Origin: Rhina ancylostomus
Taxonomy: Eukaryota
Direction of reading: 5' to 3'
Length of the DNA: 64,000 nt
Assembly (NCBI GenBank): GCA_030265395.1
Contig: JARFYF010000074.1
Location: 16,769,893-16,833,892, forward strand
The notes under the pieces are model-generated. The model was not told where the DNA came from. It ran no database searches and saw only the letters and a program-made list of their open reading frames with translations. Numbering within the stretch: the stretch's first letter is position 1; every line of letters starts with the position of its first letter. The position numbers and the translations under genes are program-made. Below are positions 1 to 10,438 of the stretch, piece by piece.

Positions 1-55
1 CCATGGAGAAAAGCAGGCGGTCAACGTTTTGGGTCAGGACCCTTCTTCAGGACTG
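1..55 (-). mobile_element. Penelope-like pLTR/3' end fragment with degenerate minimal hammerhead motif
   Basis: Reverse complement reads CAGTC-CTGAAGA-AGGGTCCTGACCC-AAAAC-GTT-GAC. Same family as the 3' end of the PLE at 10439-11470. Cut by the window edge. Confidence 0.75.
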
Positions 56-185
56 CTGGCTTGGAAATATATCTGTGTACTGATCCTGAGTATAAAATCT
101 GGAACTTCCAAGCCACCTTCACTTAAGAGCCTGGAGCAGTTCAGGAAAGCCTCTCACCATCTTCTCCTCAGGAAAATGTGGGTAT
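56..185 (+). mobile_element. Degenerate 3' end of an old LINE (L2/Crack-like family recurring in this window)
   Basis: ggagcagttcaggaaagcctctcaccatcttctcctcagg resembles the tails at 47460-47560 and, inverted, 16890-17010 and 62705-62810. Confidence 0.45.
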
Positions 186-1959
186 TATTCTTAACTTGCA
201 TTTTGCTGTAAGGCATTTTACTTTGATCTCATCATGAATTGCAAATTAGTTGTTCGTATATACTACCTTGAAATTTGCCTTTCGATGTAAAAGGGTTTCA
301 CTAAGTATCATCCTGTTGACCGTCATACTTATTTTAACTTTGGATGTATTTGAATTCATTATAGTTGGTTAGTGAAATGCAAGTAAAGCTGTCTACTTTA
401 TTATCTTCTCCTTGGCCATTTTGGCTCAATGTTTTTGGTACTACTTGGAAACACAGCTCAAAAATATTATTATTAACTATGCCGAGTTATTAATTGTGGC
501 AATAACTGGACAGCTATGTTGCACTGGCTTGTAGCAAAACTGAGTAAATGCTGAACCTTATTCCACGATCTCAAGTAAGTTGCTGGCATTGATATAATTC
601 CAAGTGTGCCTTGGCAAACAGCAATCTTGTAGTAAGGATCATGACATTTGTAAGTTATTGAATAGTTTCAATGATATCTCAAAAAGATGGAGAATCCTTT
701 ATGTTTGCTGCAGCTGCTTTGATGCAATGACTTCCACTGCCAGAAGAACAACATTTTTCTTGTTTCAACAGTCATTCACCCTTCCTTGGACATCTGCTCT
801 GATTCTTTTTAATAATAGATGTTAAGAGATATTAACAATGATTTTCTCTTTAAGTACCATTTTCCACTCCTTCAAATCTGGTATCATCAGCCTTGTCAAA
901 AGCTCTCTTCCTTACCCTTCAAGCAGAGCAAGCAGGAGTACTCGAGGCTACCACATGGAATGACCTCCTTCTGTGCTGTAACTATTCTATGTCATCTAAA
1001 AATGCAGCATCAGTTCCACGTGTACGTTGCCTTGCTGCATTGACACTTCCCTTAAGTCCCTCCTCTGTCTCTGGGTTTTTTGCCTTGATATCCCATTTGT
1101 TTCAGTATTTTGTCTGATAACGCTTCTGTGAGGTGCCTTGGGATGTTTGGGGTATTTTAAAAGGATGTAATACAAATATGAGAGATAGAATCAGTAATTT
1201 CCTTAAGAATGGACAACTCATNNNNNNNNNNAAATGCAAACCGTCTTCTTTACCTTTAACTACAAATTTTATTGGCTTACAATACGCCAGCCCATTGACA
1301 CCAAACATATCTTCTTACTTTCATCTGTTTTGAGTACCAGACTCATTTGGGCACTGATCGATAGCCTAGCACATCATTAATATCATAGTAAAATTTGAAG
1401 TTCATGCTCTTTTTCCTTGTGCAATAAATTGTTTCTTGCAATTCAGTCTCCCTCCTGGGTAGTGCAATATAATATTGGATCACTGTGTGGTTCATAGCTG
1501 TGACATTACAGTAATATCCAAACCTGTATTGATCTCAAAATTTACAGCCTTGTCATTTATTTTCAGATCATCCTGTGATGATTTGCCTGTTTCATCATCA
1601 CACATAACCAACCCAAGGTAGAGCACTTGTGATATTATGAGAAGTGATTTGTTAGTTGTAGTCACTTGCTTTAATAAGCACGGTCTACTTGTTTATTTCT
1701 TCATTACATGGATGTAATATTTGTAACCAAACTTTCAACCTCAGAACAGTGTGAGGCCATTGCTGGTGGTCGTAATTTTTCATAGTGGCCACAGTTTTTT
1801 ATAGTAGCCATGCACTTGTGTACGTTATACTCTGAGGTTGGAGCTTGGCAGCATCTTGTTAAAAGCCATTAACACATAAAAGGAAGTATTCAAAGTCAGC
1901 TAAATGCACTTTAATTCTCTCTTGCCAGATAGTAATAGACAGAGCAAACACAAATCTAA

Positions 1960-2528
1960 GTGATATCTGCAGGCTTCTGTGTGGTTTAGGACAATGCTAT
2001 ACCCTAACTTGCAATAAAAGGTGGAGGCTGCAGTTCATCCTTTCGGAAATTTGCTCATTTTCTTCAGGTCTGAGTGCACATGTCTGCAAACGCAGGCCTG
2101 ACGTAGATCAGCCAAAATGTTGCCTGCCAAAGAACAAAACAGTGACATAAAATAAGCCCCCCAAAGCTGGCTTGGGTGGAGCACATCTATCAACTTTATT
2201 TATTCAATTACATACATTAACTTAACACATTGAACACATTGCATGCAGATCAATTTGCAATGACCATATTGTCAACTTTAAGATTCTAGCAACTAGAAGG
2301 GATGACATCCTCTCAACATCTTCTTGTTTTGTCACCAGAGGCAGTGGACCATGTGGATCAATTCCCAGGATCCTGGGAGCAGAATTGATGGCTTTGTTCT
2401 GCGGCAGTCTGTAAGCTTTCTGGTTTGAGACACAAAGTTAGGTAAGGAGGGTTACCGATTGACAACGTGGCTCCTGACACCAGTATTTAACCCTCCTTGC
2501 ATCTGAGCAGCATGCTTACAGAAGAAAA
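1960..2528 (+). pseudogene. PIF/Harbinger DDE transposase fossil (HARBI1-like), N-terminal and core part
   Basis: From 2291 reads N*KG*HPLNIFLFCHQRQWTMWINSQDPGSRIDGFVLRQSV, then LGKEGYRLTTWLLTPVFNPP and SEQHAY. These match recalled Harbinger motifs NRKGFHSLNVQLVCDH..VNARYPGSSHDAFILRQS and LGDKGYPLTTWLLTPLRNP..AEQHAYN. Upstream DICRLL, KVEAAV and ISQNVACQRTKQ fit the N-terminal region. Stops and frameshifts are present. Confidence 0.8.
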
Positions 2529-2529
2529 G

Positions 2530-3500
2530 AGGGGATCAGTACTGGCTCGTCTTGTTTATGACTTGGATGAAACTATAAATAGGCTGATTAGTAAGTTTGT
2601 AGCTGACATGGAAATTGGTAGAGTTGTAGACGGTGAAGAAGGTTGTCAAAGGATATAGCAGGACGTGGATCAGTTAAAAATATGGGTGGAGAAATGGCAG
2701 ATGGAATATAATCCAGACAAGTGTGTGGTGTTGCATTTTGGGAGATCAAATGTAAGAAGTCAGTATAAAGTAAATGGCAGGACCCTGAGAAGCATTGATG
2801 TACAAAGTGATGTTGGTGTGCAAGTCCACAGCTCTCTGAAAGTGGCCACACAAGTAGATAGGGTGGTAAAGAAGGCTGATGGAATACATGCCTTTACTAG
2901 TTGGGGCATTAAGTATAAATGTTGTCAAGTCACATTGAAGCTGTATAAAACTTTAGCTTTGCCACATTTGGAGTAATGTGTACAACCAGAACTGTTGCCT
3001 CATTACAGGAAGGATGTGAAGGCTTTGGAGAGGGTGAAAAAGAGATTCACCAGAATGTTGCCTGGATTACATTACCTCAAAGGAGAATTGGACAAGCTTG
3101 GATTCCTTTTTCTGGAGCTTCAGAGGTGAGGGGCAACTTGATAGAAGTATATAAAATTATGAGAGGTATAGATAGAGTAGATAACCAGAGCCTTTTTCCC
3201 TCACAGTGGCAATGTCAAATACCAGAGGGCACAGATTTAAGGTGAAAGAAGAAAGTTTAAAGCAGATTTACAAGACAATTTTTTACACTGAAAGTAGTAG
3301 ATGCCTGGGACACACTGCTAGGGGAGATGGTGAAAGCAGATTTGATAGCAACATTTTAGAGGCATTTAGACAGGTACATGGACAGGCAGGGAATAGACCA
3401 TGTGCGGAGAGATGGGATTAGTTTAAATTGGCATCATGGTCAGCACAGACATCAGAGGTTGAAGCACCTGTTCCTGTGCTGACTGTTCTATGTTCTACAT
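2530..3500 (+). mobile_element. 5'-truncated CR1 (HER1-like) LINE: RT C-terminus and 3' UTR
   Basis: ORF 2665-2976 WVEKWQMEYNPDKCVVLHFGRSN...LYKTLALPHLE; RGNLIEVYKIMRGIDRVD; TRGHRFKV; ends cctgtgctgactgttctatgttcta. Confidence 0.95.
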
Positions 3501-3501
3501 T

Positions 3502-3820
3502 CAAGTTGTGAGGCCATTGAAACTGGAATTCACCCATTGTCGGTACACACAGTGCAGACTCCATTTTGCCCAAACACCAAATAATGGAACTCTTAAGAAA
3601 CTGTAGATTTGCAACACCCCTCCCTTAAGAGATCACTATTTCGGTTTACTCCCTTTAAGAATCGTTAAACCCAACTTATGCCTTTATGGATGGTAGCTTC
3701 AGCAAGCTGATCTCATAGTTAACCATGAAGGCGTGGCAATACTGGGATGAGGGAGGGGCAGAGAATGGAGTGGAAGGGAGAAAATGGAGGTTGAGGGAGA
3801 TCGGAGCAAAATAAGGGATG
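3502..3820 (+). pseudogene. Probable C-terminal remainder of the Harbinger transposase, resuming after the CR1
   Basis: QVVRPLKLEFTHCRYTQCRLHFA aligns without gaps to recalled QTIGLLKQRFRCLDRSGGALQYS. A weak HNLAMKRG-like segment near 3715-3740 is followed by a purine-rich tract like an acidic tail. Confidence 0.4.
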
Positions 3821-3849
3821 AAACAATACAGTGAAGGTGGGCTCTGTGG

Positions 3850-4256
3850 TCAACAATCTCTGGGCTCCTTCAGACTTTCCAGCACCATTCTTGAGCTGCA
3901 CTGCAGCACTGGGCTCCGTCAGACCACTCCATGAGGGCTACAGTGCCACCTGCCTGCAGACCAAGCAAAGTAGGGGAAGGAGCGTGGGAAGACAGGCAAA
4001 TGAGAGCACATTGGCCACAGAATTAAACCCATTTCCCACCCCCGCAGTTAATCCATCAGTAAATGTTGCATACATTGAAAACATTGTCCCGAGCATGAAA
4101 GATGAAGGGAATGTGACATCAGCAGTTCTGGTGAATCGCGATGGGAAGTGCAGCTCTAATTTCCTGATGGTCAAGACTTCAAAAAAACAGATGCAAAATA
4201 TTGAGCAAGTGTAAGTTATGCATGAAAAAGGCACAATGGGATCCAATTTCTAGCCG
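3850..4256 (-). mobile_element. Possible start of the Harbinger Myb/SANT gene (ATG at 3932) plus right terminus
   Basis: Minus strand MEWSDGAQCCSAAQE/MVLESLKEPRD resembles ME..RAPRFSDAALEVMLEAVRERRD. caatttctagcc at 4245-4256 (rc ggctagaaattg) looks like a Harbinger-type terminus. Confidence 0.3.
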
Positions 4257-5377
4257 AGGATGTGGGCCTCAGCTTCTAATGCCCACTCTTAATTGTCCTT
4301 GAACATTTTGGAGTGAAGTTAAGACCAACTTGCTTGAATCATCATTGATGCCAGCATTTAGTCTACACTTCAGATTAAAAAAATGAGTGTGCTTATGGTT
4401 GGGGCCTGGCCATCAGAAACAGTTTGGAAAGAAGCAGCCNNNNNNNNNNNNNNNNNNNNNNNATGTGCAGGTATACTTCTACTGCACATGCCCTCAATCT
4501 GCACCTCCATAGGAGGTTTATTTATTCTCCACATGCTCCAATTAAATGAATTTCCCAGCTACCATATTTGGATTTGAATTGATATCCCTGGATCATTCGT
4601 GTTGTGAGTACCCCTCAATGGCTTTTTTATGCAGAAGAGTTGGTGTGTGAACTCCCTCACAACTCCTCCACATAGATTTCAGTAGTACCACTTCCACTCC
4701 TCCCTACTGCACCAAAAAAAACTTTTCCCTTCATTTTAAGCATTTGTAGTGTCCTATATTTAAATCACTTCAGACAGGGGTCATCAATCACCCATGTCAG
4801 AGCTAAGGTCTGCAAACTGGGAAGAAGAGGGATAAAAATTTAACAGGAAAGCACATCTGAAGGTGTAAATTACTTCTCTTTCAGCTGCACATTAACAGAT
4901 TGGGCCAGGGTGTGCTGAAGATGGTCAAAGCACGAGCCAGTGAAAAGCATGGTTCACAGAGTAAAAGTTAAAAATTGCTCAAGTTTTATTGAACACTGCA
5001 AAGTGCGACTGAAATGGTTCTTCTGTGAGTTTCTCAAGTTGCCTTGACCCTGCCTTCCAGCCATTCATCCTCAATGTCATTTATACTCAATATATCAGCA
5101 AAAAAAGGCTGCAGGAGGTAACAGACTTAGACAAAAGGACGGCGAATTTCTATGTAGCTAAGCTTTCTTGAAAAAAAATTAAAGAAGGCTGATTCCACAG
5201 CTTCATTTCAAAAGGGTCCTTGGCAGTGAGAATTCCCTCTATCTCCTTGCAACAGAGGTTGTGTAAAATGCTGGCATTTTATTTTCACTGTGTTTCTTAT
5301 GGGTGTCGCTGCCTAACAAATTTAAGGGAGAAACGTCAAGTGATTTAGTACCAGAGGATCTCTGGTGTCAGACTTAC

Positions 5378-5416
5378 CAGTAATTCTGGCACTTATGGAA
5401 TTGTCATTTATACTTG
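5378..5416 (-). CDS. Candidate 39-nt phase-1 internal exon (xSINDNSISARITx), gene unknown
   Basis: Minus strand: branch-like ctttaac, pyrimidine tract ctctcttgccttctgtag acceptor, open frame, CTG|GTAAGT donor. Length is a multiple of 3. Confidence 0.35.
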
Positions 5417-5639
5417 CTACAGAAGGCAAGAGAGCGTTGTGTTAAAGCAATGTGATAGCAGTTCACATAGGAGTTGGCCTTGATTTATAGCTGATAAGCC
5501 CTATATAGCTACTATTTCTCCTGCATACAGGGTTCGCATTAGGTCACTCGGAGAACATCACTTGTTAAACAGACCAGCTACAAGGAAGCTTTCCTTCAGT
5601 GGAAGAAAGGTGAAGATCTATTTATGAATTGGTTGCTCA

Positions 5640-5810
5640 TCCATTCTCTTCCAGTCAACCCCAGCTGGAAGAAATATTGAATTCCTTATATTCTTGAATC
5701 TTGGACATTCACATTTTTATGTGCTGAATATCCATGAAAGCTTTTTCTGCAAAAATTATATCACGCTAGTGATCACGACCAGCTCTATCATCAACCCTCA
5801 GACTATTGAC
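5640..5810 (-). pseudogene. Myb/SANT-like (Harbinger ORF) fossil, copy A
   Basis: Minus strand V*GLMIELVVITSVI...IQEYKEFN...KRM; clear nucleotide similarity to 6700-6860. Confidence 0.35.
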
Positions 5811-5899
5811 CTGAGCACAATCCACCTTTGTGCTGTGAATAGTTGTCTGGCTCTAGTTGTGCAGCTAATGATTCCATAGGTCCAACAGCACTCGATTCT

Positions 5900-6071
5900 A
5901 GAAGAAATCCCAGCACGTCACTGAAACCAGCCTTCCTTCCATGAACTCTGTCTCTACCTCTCGCTGCCTTGGTGAAGCAGCCAGCATAATCAAAGACCAC
6001 ACCCACTCGGGTCATGCTCTCTTCTCCCCTCTCTCATCAGGCAGAAAACCTGAGGGCACGTCCCACCAGGC
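5900..6071 (+). mobile_element. Rex1/Babar LINE 3' coding fragment
   Basis: TSLPSMNSVSTSRCLGEAASIIKDHTHSGHALFSPLSSGR, a typical Rex1/Babar ORF C-terminus. Runs into a gap. Confidence 0.8.
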
Positions 6072-6443
6072 NNNNNNNNNNNNNNNNNNNNNNNNNNNNN
6101 NNNNNNNNNNNNNNNNNNNNNNNNNNNNNNNNNNNNNNNNNNNNNNNNNNNNNNNNNNNNNNNNNNNNNNNTATCCTGACTCCAGTCTTGCATCAGTGTG
6201 CCGCATTTGGGTTCTCTGTGAGTTTGCTCTGGATCAACATTGTGACACTGTGACCACAGAGGTTTTTTCTGAGTGTTCTGGTTTTGTCCCACATCCTAAA
6301 GATAACTGTTTCTGTAAAGTACACCTTTGTCAAGGTTCAAGACAAGAAGAATCAAGAGGGAGTTGATAGGCATATACATGAGAAAAAATAAGTTGCAGGA
6401 GTACAGAAAAATAAGAGGGGGAGTGGAACCACTGGGATTCCCT

Positions 6444-6643
6444 GCTCACCTGGATTCCCCCTCACCTGGATTCACCTATCACTTGCCAGCTCATGCTCCT
6501 CCCTTTCCCCTTTTATTATGGCTTCTGCCCCCTTCCTTTCCATTCTGATGAAGGGTTTTGGCCTGAAACGTCGACTGTTCATTTCCCTCCATGGACGCCG
6601 CCTGACCTGATGAGTTCCTCCAACATTTTGTGTGTGTTGCTCC
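6444..6643 (+). mobile_element. Penelope-like 3' end/pLTR
   Basis: Pyrimidine-rich leader, then ctgatgaagggttttggcctgaaacgtcgactg...cctgacctgatgagttcctccaacattttgtgtgtgttgctc. Confidence 0.85.
6541..6577 (+). ncRNA. Minimal type I hammerhead ribozyme motif (PLE type)
   Basis: CUGAUGA (6545-6551), stem II AGG/CCU, GAAA (6565-6568), C-GUC triplet, then GACUG. The 5' strand of stem I is partly decayed (cattc versus cagtcc). Confidence 0.65.
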
Positions 6644-6699
6644 ACTGGGAGTCAGCAAAGGACTCAGCAGCCCAAATGGCTTCCTTCGATATGCTGCAA

Positions 6700-6860
6700 A
6701 GCATTCTCTCCCTGGTCAACGGTCAAACCTGGCCGGACAAGATCTTGAATTTCTTAATATTCTTGAATATTAAACATTTGATCATACTAGTGATTACAAC
6801 CAGCTTCACTCTTCACAGCCTTTTTGTTCTAATCACTTGTGACTTGCTTGTGACATTCAC
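6700..6860 (-). pseudogene. Myb/SANT-like (Harbinger ORF) fossil, copy B
   Basis: Minus strand TKRL*(W)RVKLVVITSMIK..IQ..KKF(fs)DLVRPG..RERM, similar to recalled TKRAW.EVAEEV..TS..RT.IQCRKKFNDLVR..REKM. Confidence 0.45.
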
Positions 6861-7540
6861 TAGCCTTTTGCTCTGCCTGTAGTTCATAGTGGCTTGGAAC
6901 CACTCATGGCATGGGAGTTGATTGGGCCAGCTTGTTGTGCAGAGGATGCCCAGACACATTGCATCATGACATGTCCCCTTCTACCATTCAGCACCTCTGA
7001 ACTCTGCATGGTGGTCTTGAGGGTTTTACTTTACCACATGAATTCATGTGCTAAATTCCACAGGGCCACTATTCACATAGCTTGGTTAATTTTGTAAGTT
7101 ATTTTGTGAATCCCCACACAATGTTGCAATGCAAAAAGAAATTTCATGATCCCACAAGGTAAGCCAAGTTGATATGCAGACTATTGTTTACGTCTGCAGG
7201 ATAGCAATCCTAACAGAAAATGTATTTTAATAAAGAAATTGCACTCCTTAGATGTGGTGCCACTTAGGAGATGGGAGCAAATATCAATGCTATTTAGCTT
7301 ACATGTTTACCAAAGCAAAAGAAGGTGCGCTGCAAGTTCTGGGCAACAATTTCCTGACCTCCTACTGTGTATTACCTCCTACGTGCTCTGGACATTACAA
7401 TGTTAATGATCCCTGCTCATTACTTTCATGGTTTGCCTCAATTTAAGTTAAGTGGAACCTAACCTAAAGAACTCAATTTCTTTCAAAGAAATAATTTTCT
7501 CTAAGGTATAAGCAGTTGGATGCAAATAAACTCGATGTAC

Positions 7541-7720
7541 CTTGTAAGATCATGACATTTATTTTTAAATTGTTCCATTTTTGTGCGAGTTCTTAATTCT
7601 GGAGCACACCTTTGGTGTCATCTCCTGCCAGGTCGTTCTCCTGGCTCCTCCAAGTGACAGGATCTTGTTCCTGGCATGTATCTGTTCACCAGGTTCCTTT
7701 GAGTGATTTTGCAAGCCATT
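7541..7720 (-). pseudogene. Myb/SANT-like (Harbinger ORF) fossil, copy C
   Basis: Minus strand EQIHARNKILSLGGARRTTWQEMTPKVCSRI(fs)RTRTKMEQFKNKCHDLTR followed by AG|GT. Confidence 0.5.
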
Positions 7721-8029
7721 TCCCTCTCAGCTGCAGCCTCTGTCTCCACCGTAGTAGCCAGAGTGTGTGTTGCTGTGGTGTGGCTACCATACAGATTATG
7801 CCTGTAGGGATAACACTCTTAACACTGCACAACATCGTTGGGAGATGTGAGAGATTTGGTAGAGATCCAGCTGGAAATCATACAGGTATTGTTTCAGCTC
7901 TTTATTTACTTGTAAATCATCCTTATAGCATTTAGAGGACTTCTCTGCATTGGCGACACCTAGCGTAGACCTGTGCTCTGTCCACAATGGCCATCTTGAG
8001 CTACTGATTGCATATCATTTCAACACCCT

Positions 8030-8248
8030 TTCCTATTTCCCCACCAACCTGTCCATTCTAGCTTCTGTCTCACCCCTCCCTGTAACTACACTGGCTATCT
8101 TCCTTCTATACACTCAGTCCAGATGTGGAGTCTCAATCCAAAACGTCAACCATCCCTTTGCCTCCACAGATGTTGCTTGACCCACTCGCTTCTTCCCACA
8201 GTTTATTTTTTGCTCCGGGTCCCAGTCTCTGCAGTCGCTTGAGTCTCT
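8030..8248 (+). mobile_element. Degenerate Penelope-like 3' end
   Basis: ctcagtccagatgtggagtctcaatccaaaacgtcaacc...cctccacagatgttgcttgaccc...ttgctcc...ctgcagtc. Confidence 0.7.
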
Positions 8249-9065
8249 CTTTTACGCCCTTTCAAGCTCGGTTTTGTTTTGTTTTAGGAAGCCCAATCTG
8301 GTAATTAGCCATGAACGTAGGCAAGTTTTAGTGCACGTTGAATGGGTGTAGTCCAAATTATAGGCACATGTCTCACTCTAGTCTAAGTAATTTAGTTTGA
8401 AATTTGAGTTTTTCTTTTGTCCACATATGATGTTAGACAAGCTGGTTTATAGTTATCTCTTCATGCTGGTCACATTATTTACTCTCTCGTCCCCAGATGT
8501 AATTTGCACATTAAGAGAGTCAAGAATCTGTGATCAGACAGGGAAGGGAATAGCAAAGGCCTTGGTGAACAGTGACAGAACCTTTTTATATGCTGAAGCA
8601 GTTTTATTGATATTAAAGAAGAATGTTCAGTTTAAGGCATGGATAACTGAGAAGCTCCATGAAGATGGAGAACTAAGTGACTTTTAAGATTTTTTTTTGA
8701 GCAGTGACTATCACATTGCTGGTGATGTTGGGAGTGGCAGGATGGATGCAGCATAATTGGAATGGAATTGGCTGAAATTTTACTTCTGATTAATTTACAT
8801 GACAAATTGTGGTTTCCTGCACATTTGCAAAACATTTTGCAACTCAGAACAAACCCACTTAGATTTCCATTTGTCTGTTTTCAGAAGACTCAGGTTCTGT
8901 CTTCATGAAGGAATTGGAAGCTCTGATGTCATTGTGCCACATGCTTAATATTAGCTAGGATGTTATTCCAGACACCAAATATCTGAAAGGTTAACTGAGA
9001 AATGAAAAATTAAGAATTTCATTTTATATTGTGGATTTCAGTCTTGGTGGATTTGTTCCAATATA

Positions 9066-9495
9066 GTTCATGCAAAGGAGATTTATCAGGATGCTGCCTG
9101 GATTAGAGAGTATGGATTATGAGGAGAGACTATGGGAGCTAGGGCTTTACTCATTGGAGAGATGGAGCATGAGGGGAGACATGTTAGAGGTGTACAAGAT
9201 ATTAAGAGGAATAGAAAGGGTGGACAGCCAGCGCCTCTTTCCCAGGGCACCAATGCTCAAAGCAAGAGGACATGGCTTTAAGGTAATGGGTGGGAANNNN
9301 NNNNNNNNNNNNNNNNNNNNNNNNNNNNNNNNNNNNNNNNNNNNNNNNNNNNNNNNNNNNNNNNNNNNNNNNNNNNNNNNNNNNNNNNNNNNNNNNGTGG
9401 GAGGAAGGAGTTATAGTCTTAGGTGTGGTTTGAAGGGCAGCACAACATGGTGGGCCGAGGGGCCTGTATTGTGCTGTATTGTTCTATGGTTCTTT
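9066..9495 (+). mobile_element. CR1 LINE 3' fragment (contains a gap)
   Basis: MQRRFIRMLPGLESMDYEERLWELGLYSLERWSMRGDMLEVYKILRGIERVD; tail gtgctgtattgttctatggttct. Confidence 0.95.
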
Positions 9496-9564
9496 CAATG
9501 TGACTTAAAATCAATTCACTGCCTTAAATGATTGCAAAGAAAAAGTAATTAAATCTAGCCATAG

Positions 9565-9730
9565 GATGAATATTAGCCAGGACAGCAGGAGACCTCTTCT
9601 GCTTAGTGATCTTGCATTTTCACTGGAGCAATAGTTTGATGTTTCATCAGAGAAAGTAACTCTCGTTGTAATGGTGTGATCCTTTGGTGCCTGGTTGAAG
9701 TCATTCCAGACTGAATGCCAGAATACACAA
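9565..9730 (-). mobile_element. Deu-domain SINE fragment
   Basis: atattagccaggacagcaggag...gtttcatcagagaaag is the reverse complement of the Deu core seen at 20800-21110. Confidence 0.5.
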
Positions 9731-10091
9731 TTATATGGTTCAAGAATGCCCTTCAGCTAAAGTAACAAGGAGACACATTGAACCTGAGGAGCAAGGTTAC
9801 CTATAGTCAACAGTTAGAGGCCTCCTTAAAAAAAAAAGCTTCTTAATATTACCTCCAAATTCTTTCAAATCCTTTGTCTCCTGCAAAGCTTTCGATCACC
9901 AGTCCTATTGTCTCTCTTTGTGGCTAGGTGTCAGTTTTGTTCCTGATGACATTCTGATGCAGCACCTTGATATCTTGAAGGTACTGTGCACATATAAGAT
10001 TCTTCATTATGATGGAATGGTGGTAATGAAAGTGCATGGTTTTGTAAGAATGGTCTCAGGCGAACATCAGAGGCAAAATCAAAAACACTGC

Positions 10092-10437
10092 AGACACAAG
10101 AGAGACTGCAGATGCTGAAAATCTGGAGCAACACACACAAAATGCTGGAGGAACTCAGCAGGTCAGGCAGCATCTATGGAGGGAAATGAACACTCGCTGT
10201 TTTGGGTCNNNNNNNNNNNNNNNNNNNNNNNNNNNNNNNNNNNNNNNNNNNNNNNNNNNNNNNNNNNNNNNNNNNNNNNNNNNNNNNNNNNNNNNNNNNN
10301 NNNNNNNNAGGGAAATGAACAGTCGATGTTTTGGGTCGGCTGAAGGATCTCGGCCTGAAACGTCGACTGTTTATTTCCCTCCATAAATGCTGCCCGACCT
10401 GCTGAGTTCCTCCAGCATTTTGTATGTGTTGCTCACA
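10092..10437. mobile_element. Palindromic Penelope-derived element (two inverted pLTR ends) with a central gap
   Basis: Left arm gagcaacacacacaaaatgctggaggaactcagcaggtcaggcagcatctatggagggaaat pairs with right arm atttccctccataaatgctgcccgacctgctgagttcctccagcattttgtatgtgttgctc. Confidence 0.85.
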
Positions 10438-10438
10438 A

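Larger units (their letters stand above)
6172..6700 (+). mobile_element. Degenerate V-SINE (HE1-like) interrupted by a Penelope tail
   Basis: ctgtgagtttgc...gtgaccacagaggttttttctgagtgttctggttttgtcccacatcctaaaga V-domain; CR1-like tail resumes after 6643. Confidence 0.6.

Noticed and set aside
1567-1617. Plus-strand 51-nt exon-like segment (SSCDDLPVSSSHITNP)
   Set aside because: The acceptor is fair but the donor GTAGAG is weak; no recognisable peptide or partner exons.
2339-2410. Apparent 72-nt plus-strand exon with AG/GTAAGC
   Set aside because: Better explained as part of the Harbinger transposase fossil, whose similarity continues past both boundaries.
3831-4214. 127-aa plus-strand ORF ending near a GTAAGT
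   Set aside because: No recognisable domain, non-ATG start, and it overlaps the putative Harbinger Myb and subterminal region.
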